In this document: piece after piece, positions 8,806-18,491 of the stretch
Position numbering within the stretch: position 1 is the first letter of the stretch
How the letters are laid out: every line of letters begins with the position of its first letter
Source: an uncultured Chloroflexia bacterium
GTDB lineage: Bacteria > Chloroflexota > Limnocylindria > Limnocylindrales > CSP1-4
Assembly (NCBI GenBank): GCA_963828165.1
Contig: CAWHDR010000001.1
Span: 2,144,001-2,208,000 of the forward strand
Reading direction: 5' to 3'
Length of the DNA: 64,000 nucleotides
Made by a program: the position numbers and the translations under genes
Notes under the pieces: model-generated
Told to the model about the DNA's origin: nothing
Database searches by the model: none
The model's input: the letters and a program-made list of their open reading frames with translations, nothing else

Positions 8806-9723
8806 GCGACGTGCGCGCCCGTTGTCCACGCCGCTGGCGTCGTCGCTGACGGCGGGCGAAGCGGCCGAGGGCGCTTCTCGTCGGCGGGCACGGCGGCGCG
8901 GTCGCTGGCTGCGCGATGGCGGCTGGTATGCCGTGCTGTCCGCGCTCGCCGTGGTCACGGTCTTCCCGTTCGTGTGGATGCTGCTGACCTCGCTCAAGGG
9001 TCCGGCCGACGTCATCACCTCGGTGCCGCCGCAGTTCCTGCCGAACGACCCGACGCTCGCGAACTACGCCAAGGTGCTGGGACAGCCTGCCGATCGCGAG
9101 CTTCTTCCTCAACAGCGCCACGGTCGCCGTCGCGACGGGGCTGCTGAACGTGCTGGTCGCGGCGCTGGCCGCGTACCCGCTGGCGAAGATGCGGTTCCTG
9201 GGCCGCGAGGCGATCTTCTACGCCCTGCTGGCGACGCTGATCGTGCCGGCCCAGCTGACCTACATCCCGAGCTTCGTCCTGGCGGTCAACGTCTTCGGCT
9301 ACTACGACTCGCTGCCGGCGCTGATCTTCCCGAACATCGTGAGCGCCTTCAACATCTTCCTGCTGCGCCAGGCGTTCCGCGGCGTGCCCGAGCGACCTGA
9401 TCGATGCCGCCCGCGTCGACGGGGCGGGGGAGTGGCGGATCTGGTGGTCGATCCTGCTGCCGATCGTCCGGCCGTCGCTGGCCGCGGTCGCGATCTTCAC
9501 GTTCGTCACGTCGTGGAACGACTTCCTGTGGCCGTCGCTGATGCTGCACACGCCCGAGGGCATGACGCTGCCGGTCGGCCTGGCCGCGCTGCAGGGGTTC
9601 TTCGCCTCCGACTTCCGGTCGATCGCGGCGGGCGTGACGATGACGGTCGTGCCGATCCTGCTGTTCTTCATCGTGGTCCAGCGCTACTTCGTGCGGGGCC
9701 TGGCGGGGGCGGTGAAGGGGTGA
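8802..9723 (+). CDS. Carbohydrate ABC transporter permease 2 (several frameshifts)
   Basis: FPFVWMLLTSLK, PTLANY, LAAYPLAKMRF, IFLLRQAF, DAARVDGA, TLPVGL, VQRYFVRGL across frames. Confidence 0.88.
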
Positions 9724-11366
9724 CTGTCGTCGATCCTGGGCCGGGTGATGCTCGCGTTCGAGGGGGAGGTGCTGCCCGGCCCGGATCGCCGAGCGCGCTC
9801 GCGGCGGCGCCGGCGGCGGGGATGACGCTGTTCCGGTATCACAACGTCCGGTCTCCGGGTCAGGTCCTGGAGCTGACCTCCGCTTTCCAGCGAGCGGGCG
9901 CGGCGGACCCCCACGCCGCGCCCGCCGACGTCCCGGGTCCCTCGCCGATGCTCGTCGCGGCCGACCAGGAGGGCGGCCAGTTCATCGGCCTCGGTGACGG
10001 GCTCGACGGCGTTCGCCGGGAACATGGCCCTGGGCGCGGTCGACGATGCGGCGCTCACGGAGCGGGTCGGGCACGCGATCGGTACCGAGGCCCGAGCGAT
10101 GGGCGTCAACGTGGTCTACGCGCCGGTCCTGGATCTCGCCACGGACCCCGCCAACCCGGCGCTCGGGATCCGGTCGTTCGGCGACTCGCCTGAGGCAGTC
10201 GGGCGCGCATGGGGCCGCGATGGTCCGCGGCCTCCAGGCGGCCGGGGTGGCCGCCACGGTCAAGCACGCCCCGGGGATGGGGCACATCTCGAGCGATACG
10301 CACCACGGCCTGGCGGTCGTCTCGGCGGCACGCGTTCCGTGCTGGACGACCGCGAGTTCGTGCCGTTCCGTGCCGCGCTTCGCGGCCGGGGCCCGGCTCG
10401 CGATGTCGGGGCACATGGCGCTGCCGGCCGTGACCGGTCGCGACGACCTGCCCGGGACGCTGTCGCGGGCCGTGATGACCGACCTGCTGCGGCGCGATCT
10501 CGGCTTCGAGGGAGTGACGATCTCCGACGCGCTCGACATGCGGGCACTCGCCCAGGGCCCGGCCCAGGTCGCTCGACGTCATCGCGGCCGTCCGGGCGGG
10601 CGTCGACCTGTTGCTCGCCGTCGGCCGATCCCGAGGCGCTGGCCCGTATCGAGGAGACGCTCGTCCGGGCCGTGGCCCGCGAGCTGCTCGATCCGGCCGA
10701 GGTGGCTGCCACGGAACGTCGTGTGGCCGCGCTCCGGGCGTGGCTCGGCTCGGCCGGGCCGGCACCGGACCTGTCGGTCGTCGGCTGCGCGGAGCACCGC
10801 GGCCCTCGCCGACGGAGCTCGCCGCCCGCTCGATCACGCTCGTCCGCGACCCGGCGCGGGCTCCTGCCGCTGCTCCGCGCGAGTCCGGCCCGATCCTCGC
10901 CGTCATGCCGCGCCCGGCCGACCTCACCCCGGCCGACACCTCCTCGACCGTCGCACCCGTGCTCGCCGCCGCGCTGCGCCGCCATTTCCGGGACGTCGAC
11001 GAGATCGTCGTGGACCAGACCCCGGACCACGGCTCGATCGCCGCCGTGCGCGACCGGGCGGCAGCCGCTCGCGCCGTGGTCATCGGCACGATCGACGGCC
11101 ATCGCCAGCCCTCCCAGATCGACCTGGTCCAGGCGATCGCCTCCACCGGCACGCCGGTCATCGCCGTCGCGCTGCGCGGCCCGTGGGACGTCGCGGCGTA
11201 CCCCGCCAACGTCACGGCCCTCGCGACCTACTCCATCCTGCCCGCGTCGCTCGATGCCCTCGCCGCGGTCCTCGCCGGCCAGGCCGAGGCGCCCGGTCGC
11301 CTGCCCGTCCGCGAGGGGGCGATGACGCCCCGGCCGCCTGCCGGCCAGACCACCCTGGGACGATGA
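9720..11366 (+). CDS. nagZ: GH3 beta-N-acetylhexosaminidase-like glycosidase (multiple frameshifts)
   Basis: AADQEGG, GVNVVYAPVLD, RSFGDSP, KHAPGMGHISSDTHH, GFEGVTISDALDM and a C-terminal GH3 domain, spread over several frames. Confidence 0.8.
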
Positions 11367-11421
11367 CGCCCGCGTCGACCTGCCGTCCGGACCGGCCTCG
11401 GACGATCACGCCCGCGTCGAC
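11321..11421. repeat. Degenerate 41-42 bp tandem repeat spanning the GH3 stop codon
   Basis: GAT(G/C)ACGCCC... units start at 11321, 11362 and 11404. Confidence 0.75.
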
Positions 11422-11430
11422 GCCGAGCCC

Positions 11431-11630
11431 AACTCCGCCAGATGTATCGCCCATGGAACGTACGGCGGGGAATCGATGCTCGATCGGACCTGACCGGGTC
11501 GCATCTTGGCCCGTCGCCAGCGGGACCGTGCACGATCCGAGCGTCGGCAGCCACTCGAGGGTCCTCGGCGGGGTCGCTGCAGGCGGTCGAGTCCGCCTAA
11601 CGTTCCCGCGGAGGCACATCTGGCGGAGTC
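11431..11630. repeat. Intergenic inverted-repeat element, family 1, copy B (inverted relative to copy A)
   Basis: Arm 11431-11468 AACTCCGCCAGATGTATCGCCCATGGAACGTACGGCGG; arm 11593-11630 reverse complement GACTCCGCCAGATGTGCCTCCGCGGGAACGTTAGGCGG. Confidence 0.85.
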
Positions 11631-11700
11631 CTGATCGTCATGGCGGTCGAATGACCGGCGGCGCCCTGCACGGCCCCACGCGGTCTGACACCATCGGGTC

Positions 11701-12738
11701 ATGAGCCTGCGCGACGAGATCCTCGAGCAGCCCGAGGTCGCCGCCCGTTTCCTCCGCCGCGCGCCCGAGGTCGTCGGCCCGCTGGCCGACGCGATCCGCG
11801 CGCGCGACGTCGATCATGTCGTCATCGCCGCCCGCGGTACCAGCGACCACGCGGCGATCTATGCCCAGTACGTGCTCGGTGTCCGCCACGCGCTGTCAGT
11901 CGGGCTGAGTGCGCCGTCGGTGATCTCGTTGTACGGCGCGGAGCCGCGGCTCGATCGGTCGCTCGTCGTGGGCATCAGCCAGTCGGGCGCTTCGCCGGAT
12001 GTCGTCGCGGTCATCGAGGCGGGGCGCCGTCACGGCGCGCCGACGCTGGCCATCACGAACGACCCGGACTCGGCGCTCGCGAACGCCGCGGAGACGACCA
12101 TCGACCTCGGCGCGGGGCCGGAGCTCGCGATCGCCGCGACGAAGACGTACACGACCGAGCTCCTGGCGGTCGCTGCCCTGTCGGCGGCGATGTCGCGCGA
12201 CCCGGCCGACGCGACGGCGCTCGCCGCGATCCCGGATGCCCTCGCCGGCGCCCTCGCCCTCGAACCCGATGTCGAGACGATGGCGGCCGAGCAAGCGGAT
12301 GCCGATCGGCTGCTCGTCCTCGCGCGCGGCTACGAATACGCGACCGCGCGCGAATGGGCCCTCAAACTCAAGGAACTGGCGCGAGTGTTCGCCGACCCGT
12401 ACTCGGCCGCCGACTTCGAGCACGGGCCGCTCGCCCTGCTCGAGCCCGGCGTTCCGGTCCTCGCAACGGTCCGGCCCGGCCCGACGTACACGTCGCTGGT
12501 GGCGTTGCTGCGGCGGCTACGGGCGGATCTCGAGGCCGACCTCGCGATCGTGTCGGACGCCGACGACGCGCTGGCGCTCGCGCGGTGGCCGTTCCGCTTG
12601 CCGTCTGGCACCCCGGAATGGCTCGGGCCGATCGTCTCGATCGTCGTCGGGCAGCTCCACGCGCTCTACCTGACGCGCGCTCGCGGCCACGACCCGGAGG
12701 TGCCGCGCAACCTCAACAAGGTGACCCGGACGCGCTGA
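11701..12738 (+). CDS. Double-SIS-domain protein (GlmS-isomerase-like; probable glucosamine-6-phosphate deaminase)
   Basis: EILEQP, ARGTSDHA, GISQSGASPD, AATKTYT, EWALKLKE, DFEHGP, PRNLNKVT; no glutaminase domain. Confidence 0.88.
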   Translation: MSLRDEILEQPEVAARFLRRAPEVVGPLADAIRARDVDHVVIAARGTSDHAAIYAQYVLGVRHALSVGLSAPSVISLYGAEPRLDRSLVVGISQSGASPDVVAVIEAGRRHGAPTLAITNDPDSALANAAETTIDLGAGPELAIAATKTYTTELLAVAALSAAMSRDPADATALAAIPDALAGALALEPDVETMAAEQADADRLLVLARGYEYATAREWALKLKELARVFADPYSAADFEHGPLALLEPGVPVLATVRPGPTYTSLVALLRRLRADLEADLAIVSDADDALALARWPFRLPSGTPEWLGPIVSIVVGQLHALYLTRARGHDPEVPRNLNKVTRTR

Positions 12739-12951
12739 ACCGACCCGCCCGACCGCGCTCGGGCATCCGACCTATCTCGCGCGAGGGTGAGACCGAGGCG
12801 CCGGCGGCGCGAGACGCCGTCGAGCGACGGCGCGGTGTGGACCCGAACGCTGTGCCTCCCTGGGCGACGCGGCCGCGTCACTGAAACCTTCCGGCCCGCC
12901 GCGGTCTCAGAGAAGCAGTGAGTCCTGTCGCCCGTCCCCGGAGGTCCGTCC

Positions 12952-14334
12952 GTGCGTTCCGTCGTCCCGCCCGCCTCGTCCCGTCGCCGCATCCGCCTCG
13001 TGCTGGGCTTCGCGGCGATGATCTACGCCGTGTCCGTCGTGGGAGTCGCGACCGTCGTCGCCCACGACTTCGACGTCGGGACACCCGACGTGACGATCAC
13101 GATCCGATCCGGCCTGAGTGACCGCGACGTGCGCGTGTCGGTCGGCGACGTCGTCCGATTCGTGAACCGCGACGACGATCGTCACCGGATGCGGTCACGC
13201 TCGGGGCAGGAGTTCGATACGGGGAACCTGGAGCCTGGCGACTCGTACCAGGTGCGCCTGTCGGTCGCGGGCACGTACGCCTACCTGGATGAGCGGAACG
13301 ATGACGCGGCCGCGTACCGCGGGCGGATCGTGGTCGTCTCGGGCTCGGGCTCGGGTGGTGGTTCGGCGGGGGGCACGACCCCGCCGTCAGGCGGCTCGGC
13401 GGGCGGTTCGGCCGGCGGTGGCGCGGCGTCCAGCGCGACGATGACGATCGGTGACGACTTCTATGACCCGACATCGGTGCGGATCGCGGTCGGTGGCACG
13501 GTCGAGTTCCGGAACAGCGGCGGCGACGAGCATTCCGCGACGTCCTCCGCGTTCGACACCGGGGTCCTGGGCAGCGGCGCGTCGGTCAGGAAGACGTTCC
13601 CGTCCGCCGGCACGTTCGCGTTCCTGTGCATCTTCCATTCCGATATGCGCGGCACGATCGAGGTCGTGGCCCCGGACGGGGGCGGCGATCTGACCGAACC
13701 GGACGCCCCGCGCCCCACCCCGACCCCGACGCCATCCGCGGTGCCCGCGCCGGCCGCCGACCCCACGCCGAAGCTGGTCGGTGCTCCGTTCCAGGTGTCC
13801 GTGGACGCCGCCGATTTCGCGTTCCGTCCCGCGACCATCGAGGTCGCAGCCGGGGGCCGGGTCACCTGGACGAATCGGGGCGTGGCTCCGCATTCGGTCA
13901 CGGCGAAGGACGGCGCGTTCGACAGCGGGATGCTCGAGCGTCGCGCGACGTTCGCGCGGACCTTCGCGACGGCGGGCTCGTATGCCTACCTCTGTGCGTT
14001 CCACCCCGAGATGACCGCGACCGTGCGGGTCGTGGCGGCCACCTCGGGGAATGGCGCGAGCGCCGCGGTCGACCCGGCGGCGGCCGGTGGCAGGGCGACC
14101 GAGTCGGTGGCACCGAGCGCCGACGCGGCGGCAGTTGGCGAGGCGGCGCCCTCCGATGCGGCAGACCCACCCACGGAGGTGCCCGCCACCCAGGTCGCCG
14201 CCGACGGCAACCCAGCCACCGACGTCTCGAGCCTGGCCGGCATCGTGCTCACGGTAACGCTCGTGTCCGCGGCCGCCGCACTCTTCTCGAGGGTTGTTCG
14301 CGGCACGGTGCGCGACCCCGGTCGAAGCGACTGA
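12952..14334 (+). CDS. Secreted, membrane-anchored multi-cupredoxin (plastocyanin/azurin-like) protein
   Basis: Signal/TM segment; three cupredoxin repeats; HSAT...CIFHSDM and HSVT...CAFHPEM type-1 copper ligands; C-terminal TM helix; GGAGG RBS. Confidence 0.85.
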   Translation: MRSVVPPASSRRRIRLVLGFAAMIYAVSVVGVATVVAHDFDVGTPDVTITIRSGLSDRDVRVSVGDVVRFVNRDDDRHRMRSRSGQEFDTGNLEPGDSYQVRLSVAGTYAYLDERNDDAAAYRGRIVVVSGSGSGGGSAGGTTPPSGGSAGGSAGGGAASSATMTIGDDFYDPTSVRIAVGGTVEFRNSGGDEHSATSSAFDTGVLGSGASVRKTFPSAGTFAFLCIFHSDMRGTIEVVAPDGGGDLTEPDAPRPTPTPTPSAVPAPAADPTPKLVGAPFQVSVDAADFAFRPATIEVAAGGRVTWTNRGVAPHSVTAKDGAFDSGMLERRATFARTFATAGSYAYLCAFHPEMTATVRVVAATSGNGASAAVDPAAAGGRATESVAPSADAAAVGEAAPSDAADPPTEVPATQVAADGNPATDVSSLAGIVLTVTLVSAAAALFSRVVRGTVRDPGRSD

Positions 14335-14364
14335 AGGGCCTGGCCACCGGACCGATCGTCGGGG

Positions 14365-15312
14365 CTAGAGCCCGCTGTACGAGTGCAGGCCGCTGAACCA
14401 GAGCGAGCCGGAATACGTGACGAGGACCATCCCGAAGCCCACCACCAGCAGGAGCGCGGCCGGCCGGCCCGCCCATGAGCGACGGTTGCGGGCGTGGAGG
14501 TAGACCGCATAGGTCAGCCACGTCACGAGGGCCGCGGTCTCCTTCGGATCCCAGCCCCAGTAGCGCGACCAGGCGATCGAGGCCCACCAGGAGCCCAGGA
14601 TGATCATCGTGGCGAAGATGGGGAACCCGATGATCACGGCCCGGTAGGCGACCTCGTCGAGCACCTTGTGTGGCGGCAGCCAGGCGAACCGGTCGTCCTG
14701 ACCCTGGATCAGGTAGGCGACCCCGGCCGCGAAGGCGGTCGCGAAGATCCCGTACGAGAGGACCGCCATCCCGACGTGGATCGTGAGCAGCGGTGGGTTC
14801 TGGAGAGCCGGCACGAGCCGCGAGATCTCCGACGGCAGGCTCGATGCATAGAGGAGCAGCATCAGGGCCACGCCGAGCGGGATGAACCCGATGGAGCGGA
14901 TGGCGTAGCGACGAGACAGGACCAGGTAGCCCGCCACCATCGACGTCGAGAACGCGACCGTGAACTCGAACATGTTGCCCCACGGACCTCGGCCCACCAC
15001 GATGCCGCGCAGGAGGAGGGAGACCCCAAGGAACGCCACGGCCAGGGTGGACAGCACGGTCGCCGCCCGGGACAACGGGCTCGGCGCGGCGGCCAGGGTG
15101 GGCCCGCTGGTCGCCGCTCGGGTCGACTCCGTCACGAACGAGCCGGTCACCACGCCCGCGAAGGCCGGCTGGCGAGCGGCGCTCAGGACGGGGAGCGCCG
15201 CTCGGCGGCCGTTGGCCAGCATCACCGCGTGTCCGACATGCGCCGCGAACCCGAGCGCCACGAAGACGACACCGATCGGGAAGAGCGCGGTGGACAGCTC
15301 CGCCATGGTCAT
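14365..15312 (-). CDS. ccsA: System II cytochrome c biogenesis protein CcsA/ResC
   Basis: GRGPWGNMFEF, LVPALQ, LTIHV, WWD domain WSRYWGWDPKETAA, GLHSY. Confidence 0.93.
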   Translation of the reverse strand: MTMAELSTALFPIGVVFVALGFAAHVGHAVMLANGRRAALPVLSAARQPAFAGVVTGSFVTESTRAATSGPTLAAAPSPLSRAATVLSTLAVAFLGVSLLLRGIVVGRGPWGNMFEFTVAFSTSMVAGYLVLSRRYAIRSIGFIPLGVALMLLLYASSLPSEISRLVPALQNPPLLTIHVGMAVLSYGIFATAFAAGVAYLIQGQDDRFAWLPPHKVLDEVAYRAVIIGFPIFATMIILGSWWASIAWSRYWGWDPKETAALVTWLTYAVYLHARNRRSWAGRPAALLLVVGFGMVLVTYSGSLWFSGLHSYSGL

Positions 15313-15389
15313 CGTGTCAGGAGACGCCCGAACACGGTCGCGGGTTGCGAAGCGAGCGTCGCGGTGTCACGGGTCATCGATCGTTCGGG

Positions 15390-15878
15390 TCAGGCGACCG
15401 CTGCGCCGCCGGGCTTCGGCCCGGATGCCGCACGGCGCACGACGACCGAGCGTGGCTTGACCTTGAGCACGAGTCCGCAGTTCGTGCAGGTGTCGACCAT
15501 CGCCATCCGACCGAGCCCGCACATGGGGCAGATGACGGCCAGCGGGTCCTGGCAGCGCTCGCATCGCGCAGTTCCCGACGGATAGATGAGCCCATCGCGC
15601 CGGCAATGGGGCAACCCCGGCTGGAAGATCGGCTGGCCGTCTGCGCCGATGGCCGCGACGGTCGGACCTTCCTCGAATCGAACGCCCTTCACCCGGGGCT
15701 TGCGGAACTGGTAGATGACGATCCCGAGCGGCAGCAGCGTCAACAGCGGCCCCACGACGCCCAGGAAGATCAGGAGCGGCAGCAGCCCGATGATCGCGTT
15801 CCAGTCCGGGATCACGAACTGGGTCATGATCTCGAGGAGCCCGGTCCACATCTCGTTGAGCGTGTCGACGATCGTCAC
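15390..15878 (-). CDS. Small membrane protein with a C-terminal multi-CxxC (double zinc ribbon-like) domain
   Basis: N-terminal hydrophobic segment; HCRRD, CERC, CPMC, CTNC; TAGCAT -10 before the GTG; 4-bp overlap with the upstream gene. Confidence 0.75.
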   Translation of the reverse strand: MTIVDTLNEMWTGLLEIMTQFVIPDWNAIIGLLPLLIFLGVVGPLLTLLPLGIVIYQFRKPRVKGVRFEEGPTVAAIGADGQPIFQPGLPHCRRDGLIYPSGTARCERCQDPLAVICPMCGLGRMAMVDTCTNCGLVLKVKPRSVVVRRAASGPKPGGAAVA

Positions 15879-16459
15879 GACGGCATGCTACCCGAGGACG
15901 GTCGCCCCCGGCGCGGGTTGCCTCGCTTCGTGGTTGCGCCGCGTCCCGGCTTCCAGCGCTGCGGTTCCGTAGCGGGGTCGCGCTCCTCCGGAGGGCGAAC
16001 GGCGGCAGGCCGGCGGTTGCCGACGGACGGCGCCGACAACTTCGGGCGCTCGAGCCTGCCGAGAAGCCACGCCGAGCCCGCGGTCCGGGCGCCCTTCGCG
16101 CGCAGCGACGCCCGGAGTGCGTGGTCGTCGCTGACCACGAGCAGCGCGCCGGTCGCCGCCGCCCCCGCGACAGCCCGTGTCTCATCCACGAGCGACAGCA
16201 AGACCTCGTCGGCGGTGCGCCGACCGGAATGGCGCACGATCAGTCCCGCCGCGACGCGCTCGCCGCGCATCCCCCGATCCGGCGCCCCGTCGAACACCAG
16301 CTCGATACCGATGGCGGCCGGGACGATCGCCCGCAGCCGACCGATCAACGCGGCCTGCGGCGCCGCGCCGGGCTTGCGCGACAGCGCGTGGAGGAGATTC
16401 GTGCCGTCGATGAGCAGTCGATCGGTGCCGGTCAGCGGGTCGCGCGGAAGCGTCGTCAC
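15875..16459 (-). CDS. NYN/PIN-like domain protein (YacP-like)
   Basis: LLIDGTNLL, LVFDG, TADEVL, VVSDDHAL acidic motifs. Confidence 0.85.
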   Translation of the reverse strand: MTTLPRDPLTGTDRLLIDGTNLLHALSRKPGAAPQAALIGRLRAIVPAAIGIELVFDGAPDRGMRGERVAAGLIVRHSGRRTADEVLLSLVDETRAVAGAAATGALLVVSDDHALRASLRAKGARTAGSAWLLGRLERPKLSAPSVGNRRPAAVRPPEERDPATEPQRWKPGRGATTKRGNPRRGRPSSGSMPS

Positions 16460-16504
16460 GACGCCATCCTACGCGCGGTCCGAGCGGCGGCTACGATCGG
16501 CCGC

Positions 16505-17350
16505 GTGAGCCTCCTTCTCCTCGTCGACCTCGACGGTGTCGTCTACCGCGGCGCCGACCCCGTGCCCGGTGTGGCCGAGGTCCTCGCCGACCGAGCCGCT
16601 CGCGGAGACGACGTGGTGTACGTGACCAACAACTCGATGCACTACCGCGCCGACTACGTGACCCGGCTCACGGCCATGGGCGCGCCGATCACGGCCGACA
16701 CGGTCGTCTCGTCGGCGCGGGCCACGGCGCTCCACCTGGTGACCCACGAGGTGGGGATCCGGCGCGTCCTCGTCGTCGGCGGGGGCGGTCTCGAGCGTGA
16801 GCTGCGCGACGTCGGGCTCGAGGTGGTGACCGCCGCTCACGCCGCCACCCGGATGCACCAGGAGGGCATCGATGGCTGGGCGGCCGCCGGCGCCCCGGAC
16901 GCGGTCGTCACCGGCCTCGACCCGAACCTCACCTACCTGCGCCTCGCGGCGGCCGCCGATTGCGTGCGTGCCGGCGCTCGATCCATCGCGACGAACCGCG
17001 ACCCGGTCTACCCCACCGAGCGGGGCCTCCGCCCGGGGGCGGGCGCCGTGGCCGCGGCCCTCGAGGCGACGACCGGGGTCACGCCGCTCTCGATCGGCAA
17101 GCCCGAGCCGAACCTGCTGGAACTTGCCGCCGAGGCCGTCGGTCGGCACGCCAGCGAGGCGATCATGATCGGCGACGGGATCGGGACGGACCTCGCCGCG
17201 GCACGGGCGGTCGGGGCGCGCTGCGTGGTCATGCTGACCGGCATCAGTACCCGCGAGGACGTCGACGCTCTCCCGGCTCACGAGCAGCCGACCGCGATCG
17301 CCGCGGATGCGACCGAGCTTGCCGCCGCCCTGGAGTCGTTCGCCGGGTAG
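16505..17350 (+). CDS. HAD-IIA family hydrolase (NagD-like)
   Basis: VDLDGVVY, YVTNNS, ATNRD, IGKPEP, MIGDGIGTD; TACGAT -10 just before the GTG at 16505. Confidence 0.92.
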   Translation: MSLLLLVDLDGVVYRGADPVPGVAEVLADRAARGDDVVYVTNNSMHYRADYVTRLTAMGAPITADTVVSSARATALHLVTHEVGIRRVLVVGGGGLERELRDVGLEVVTAAHAATRMHQEGIDGWAAAGAPDAVVTGLDPNLTYLRLAAAADCVRAGARSIATNRDPVYPTERGLRPGAGAVAAALEATTGVTPLSIGKPEPNLLELAAEAVGRHASEAIMIGDGIGTDLAAARAVGARCVVMLTGISTREDVDALPAHEQPTAIAADATELAAALESFAG

Positions 17351-17362
17351 CGGGCGCGCCAG

Positions 17363-18445
17363 TCAGCCCCCGTTGCCGCTCAGCTCCGGGATCCCGGCCG
17401 CCCAGTCGTCGAAGGACTCCCGCAACGGGGCCAGCGTCGCCTCGTCGGCGAAGGCGACATCGAGCGCCCGCCGGTCGATGGCCCACAGCTCGGGCAGGGT
17501 CAGCCCGATCTGCTCGACCGCGTTGACGTACTCCTCCGACAGCTTGATGTCCGACACCGTCGTGTCGTCGGTGCTCAGGGTCACGGGCACGCCGCGGCGA
17601 TGCAGCTGCGCCAGCGGATGCGCAGCCACGGAAGGGACGATGCCGGCCTGCCAGTTCGAGGTCGGGCAGAGGTCGAGCGAGATGCCGCGGACCCGCAGCT
17701 CATCGCACAACGGGGGGTCGTCGATGGTCCCCGGGCCGTGGGCGATGCGCTCGGGCTCCACCACGAGTGCGCGGCGGACCTGGTCTGCGCCGCCCCATTC
17801 CCCGGCATGGATGGTCAAGCGCAGGCCGTTGGCGCGCGCGGCCTCGAAGGCTCGCGCGTGGTCGAGCGGGTCGGGATAGGCGGCCTCCGGGCCGGCGAGG
17901 TCCCAGCCGGTCAGCCCCCCGTCGAGGAACTGCGCCGCCGTCTCGGCCAGCTCCACGTTCCCTTCGGCGTCGTGGGAACGCAGCGCCGTACAGATGAGGC
18001 GCACGACCGTGCCGGTCCGGGAGGCCCCATCACGTGCGCCCGCGCACACGGCCGCGATGCCGTCCGCCAACGAGAGGCCGCGCGCGACATGGAGGCGGGG
18101 GCCCCAGCGGATCTCGACATAGCGCACGCCGTCCGCGGCCTTCGTCTCGACGAGCTCCCTCGTGATGCGCTCGAGCGCGTCGGTGTCCTGCATCAGCGCG
18201 ATCGGCAGGTCGAACGCCCGCAACAGCTCCGCCTGGTCGGCGCACGGCATCGGGGCGATCAGGGCCGCGGACATGCCGATCCAGTCCGACGGGGCATCGA
18301 TCCCGCGCGTTCGGGCGAGCTCGAGCGCGGTGTCCACTCGCAAGGAACCGTCGAGGTGGAGGTGTAGTTCGGCCTTCGGCAGCGCCTCGATCAGGCGACG
18401 GCGGGCGTCGGTCTCGGTCTCGCGGTCGTCCGGCGGGGTCGTCAT
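17363..18445 (-). CDS. add: Adenosine deaminase
   Basis: LPKAELHLHLDGS, DGVRYVEIR, DLAGPE, TIHAGE, RIAHG, CPTSN, STDD. Confidence 0.93.
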   Translation of the reverse strand: MTTPPDDRETETDARRRLIEALPKAELHLHLDGSLRVDTALELARTRGIDAPSDWIGMSAALIAPMPCADQAELLRAFDLPIALMQDTDALERITRELVETKAADGVRYVEIRWGPRLHVARGLSLADGIAAVCAGARDGASRTGTVVRLICTALRSHDAEGNVELAETAAQFLDGGLTGWDLAGPEAAYPDPLDHARAFEAARANGLRLTIHAGEWGGADQVRRALVVEPERIAHGPGTIDDPPLCDELRVRGISLDLCPTSNWQAGIVPSVAAHPLAQLHRRGVPVTLSTDDTTVSDIKLSEEYVNAVEQIGLTLPELWAIDRRALDVAFADEATLAPLRESFDDWAAGIPELSGNGG

Positions 18446-18491
18446 CGCCCGATGCTACGATTCCCTGACTTCCGACGCTCGCGTCCACTGC

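Noticed and set aside
7400-10900. Dense frameshifts in the binding protein, permeases and GH3 (pseudogenisation or programmed frameshifting?)
   Set aside because: Motifs are intact, there are no slippery or phase-variable tracts, and the indels cluster regionally across adjacent genes. Low-coverage long-read consensus error is the simplest explanation, but reads are needed to confirm.
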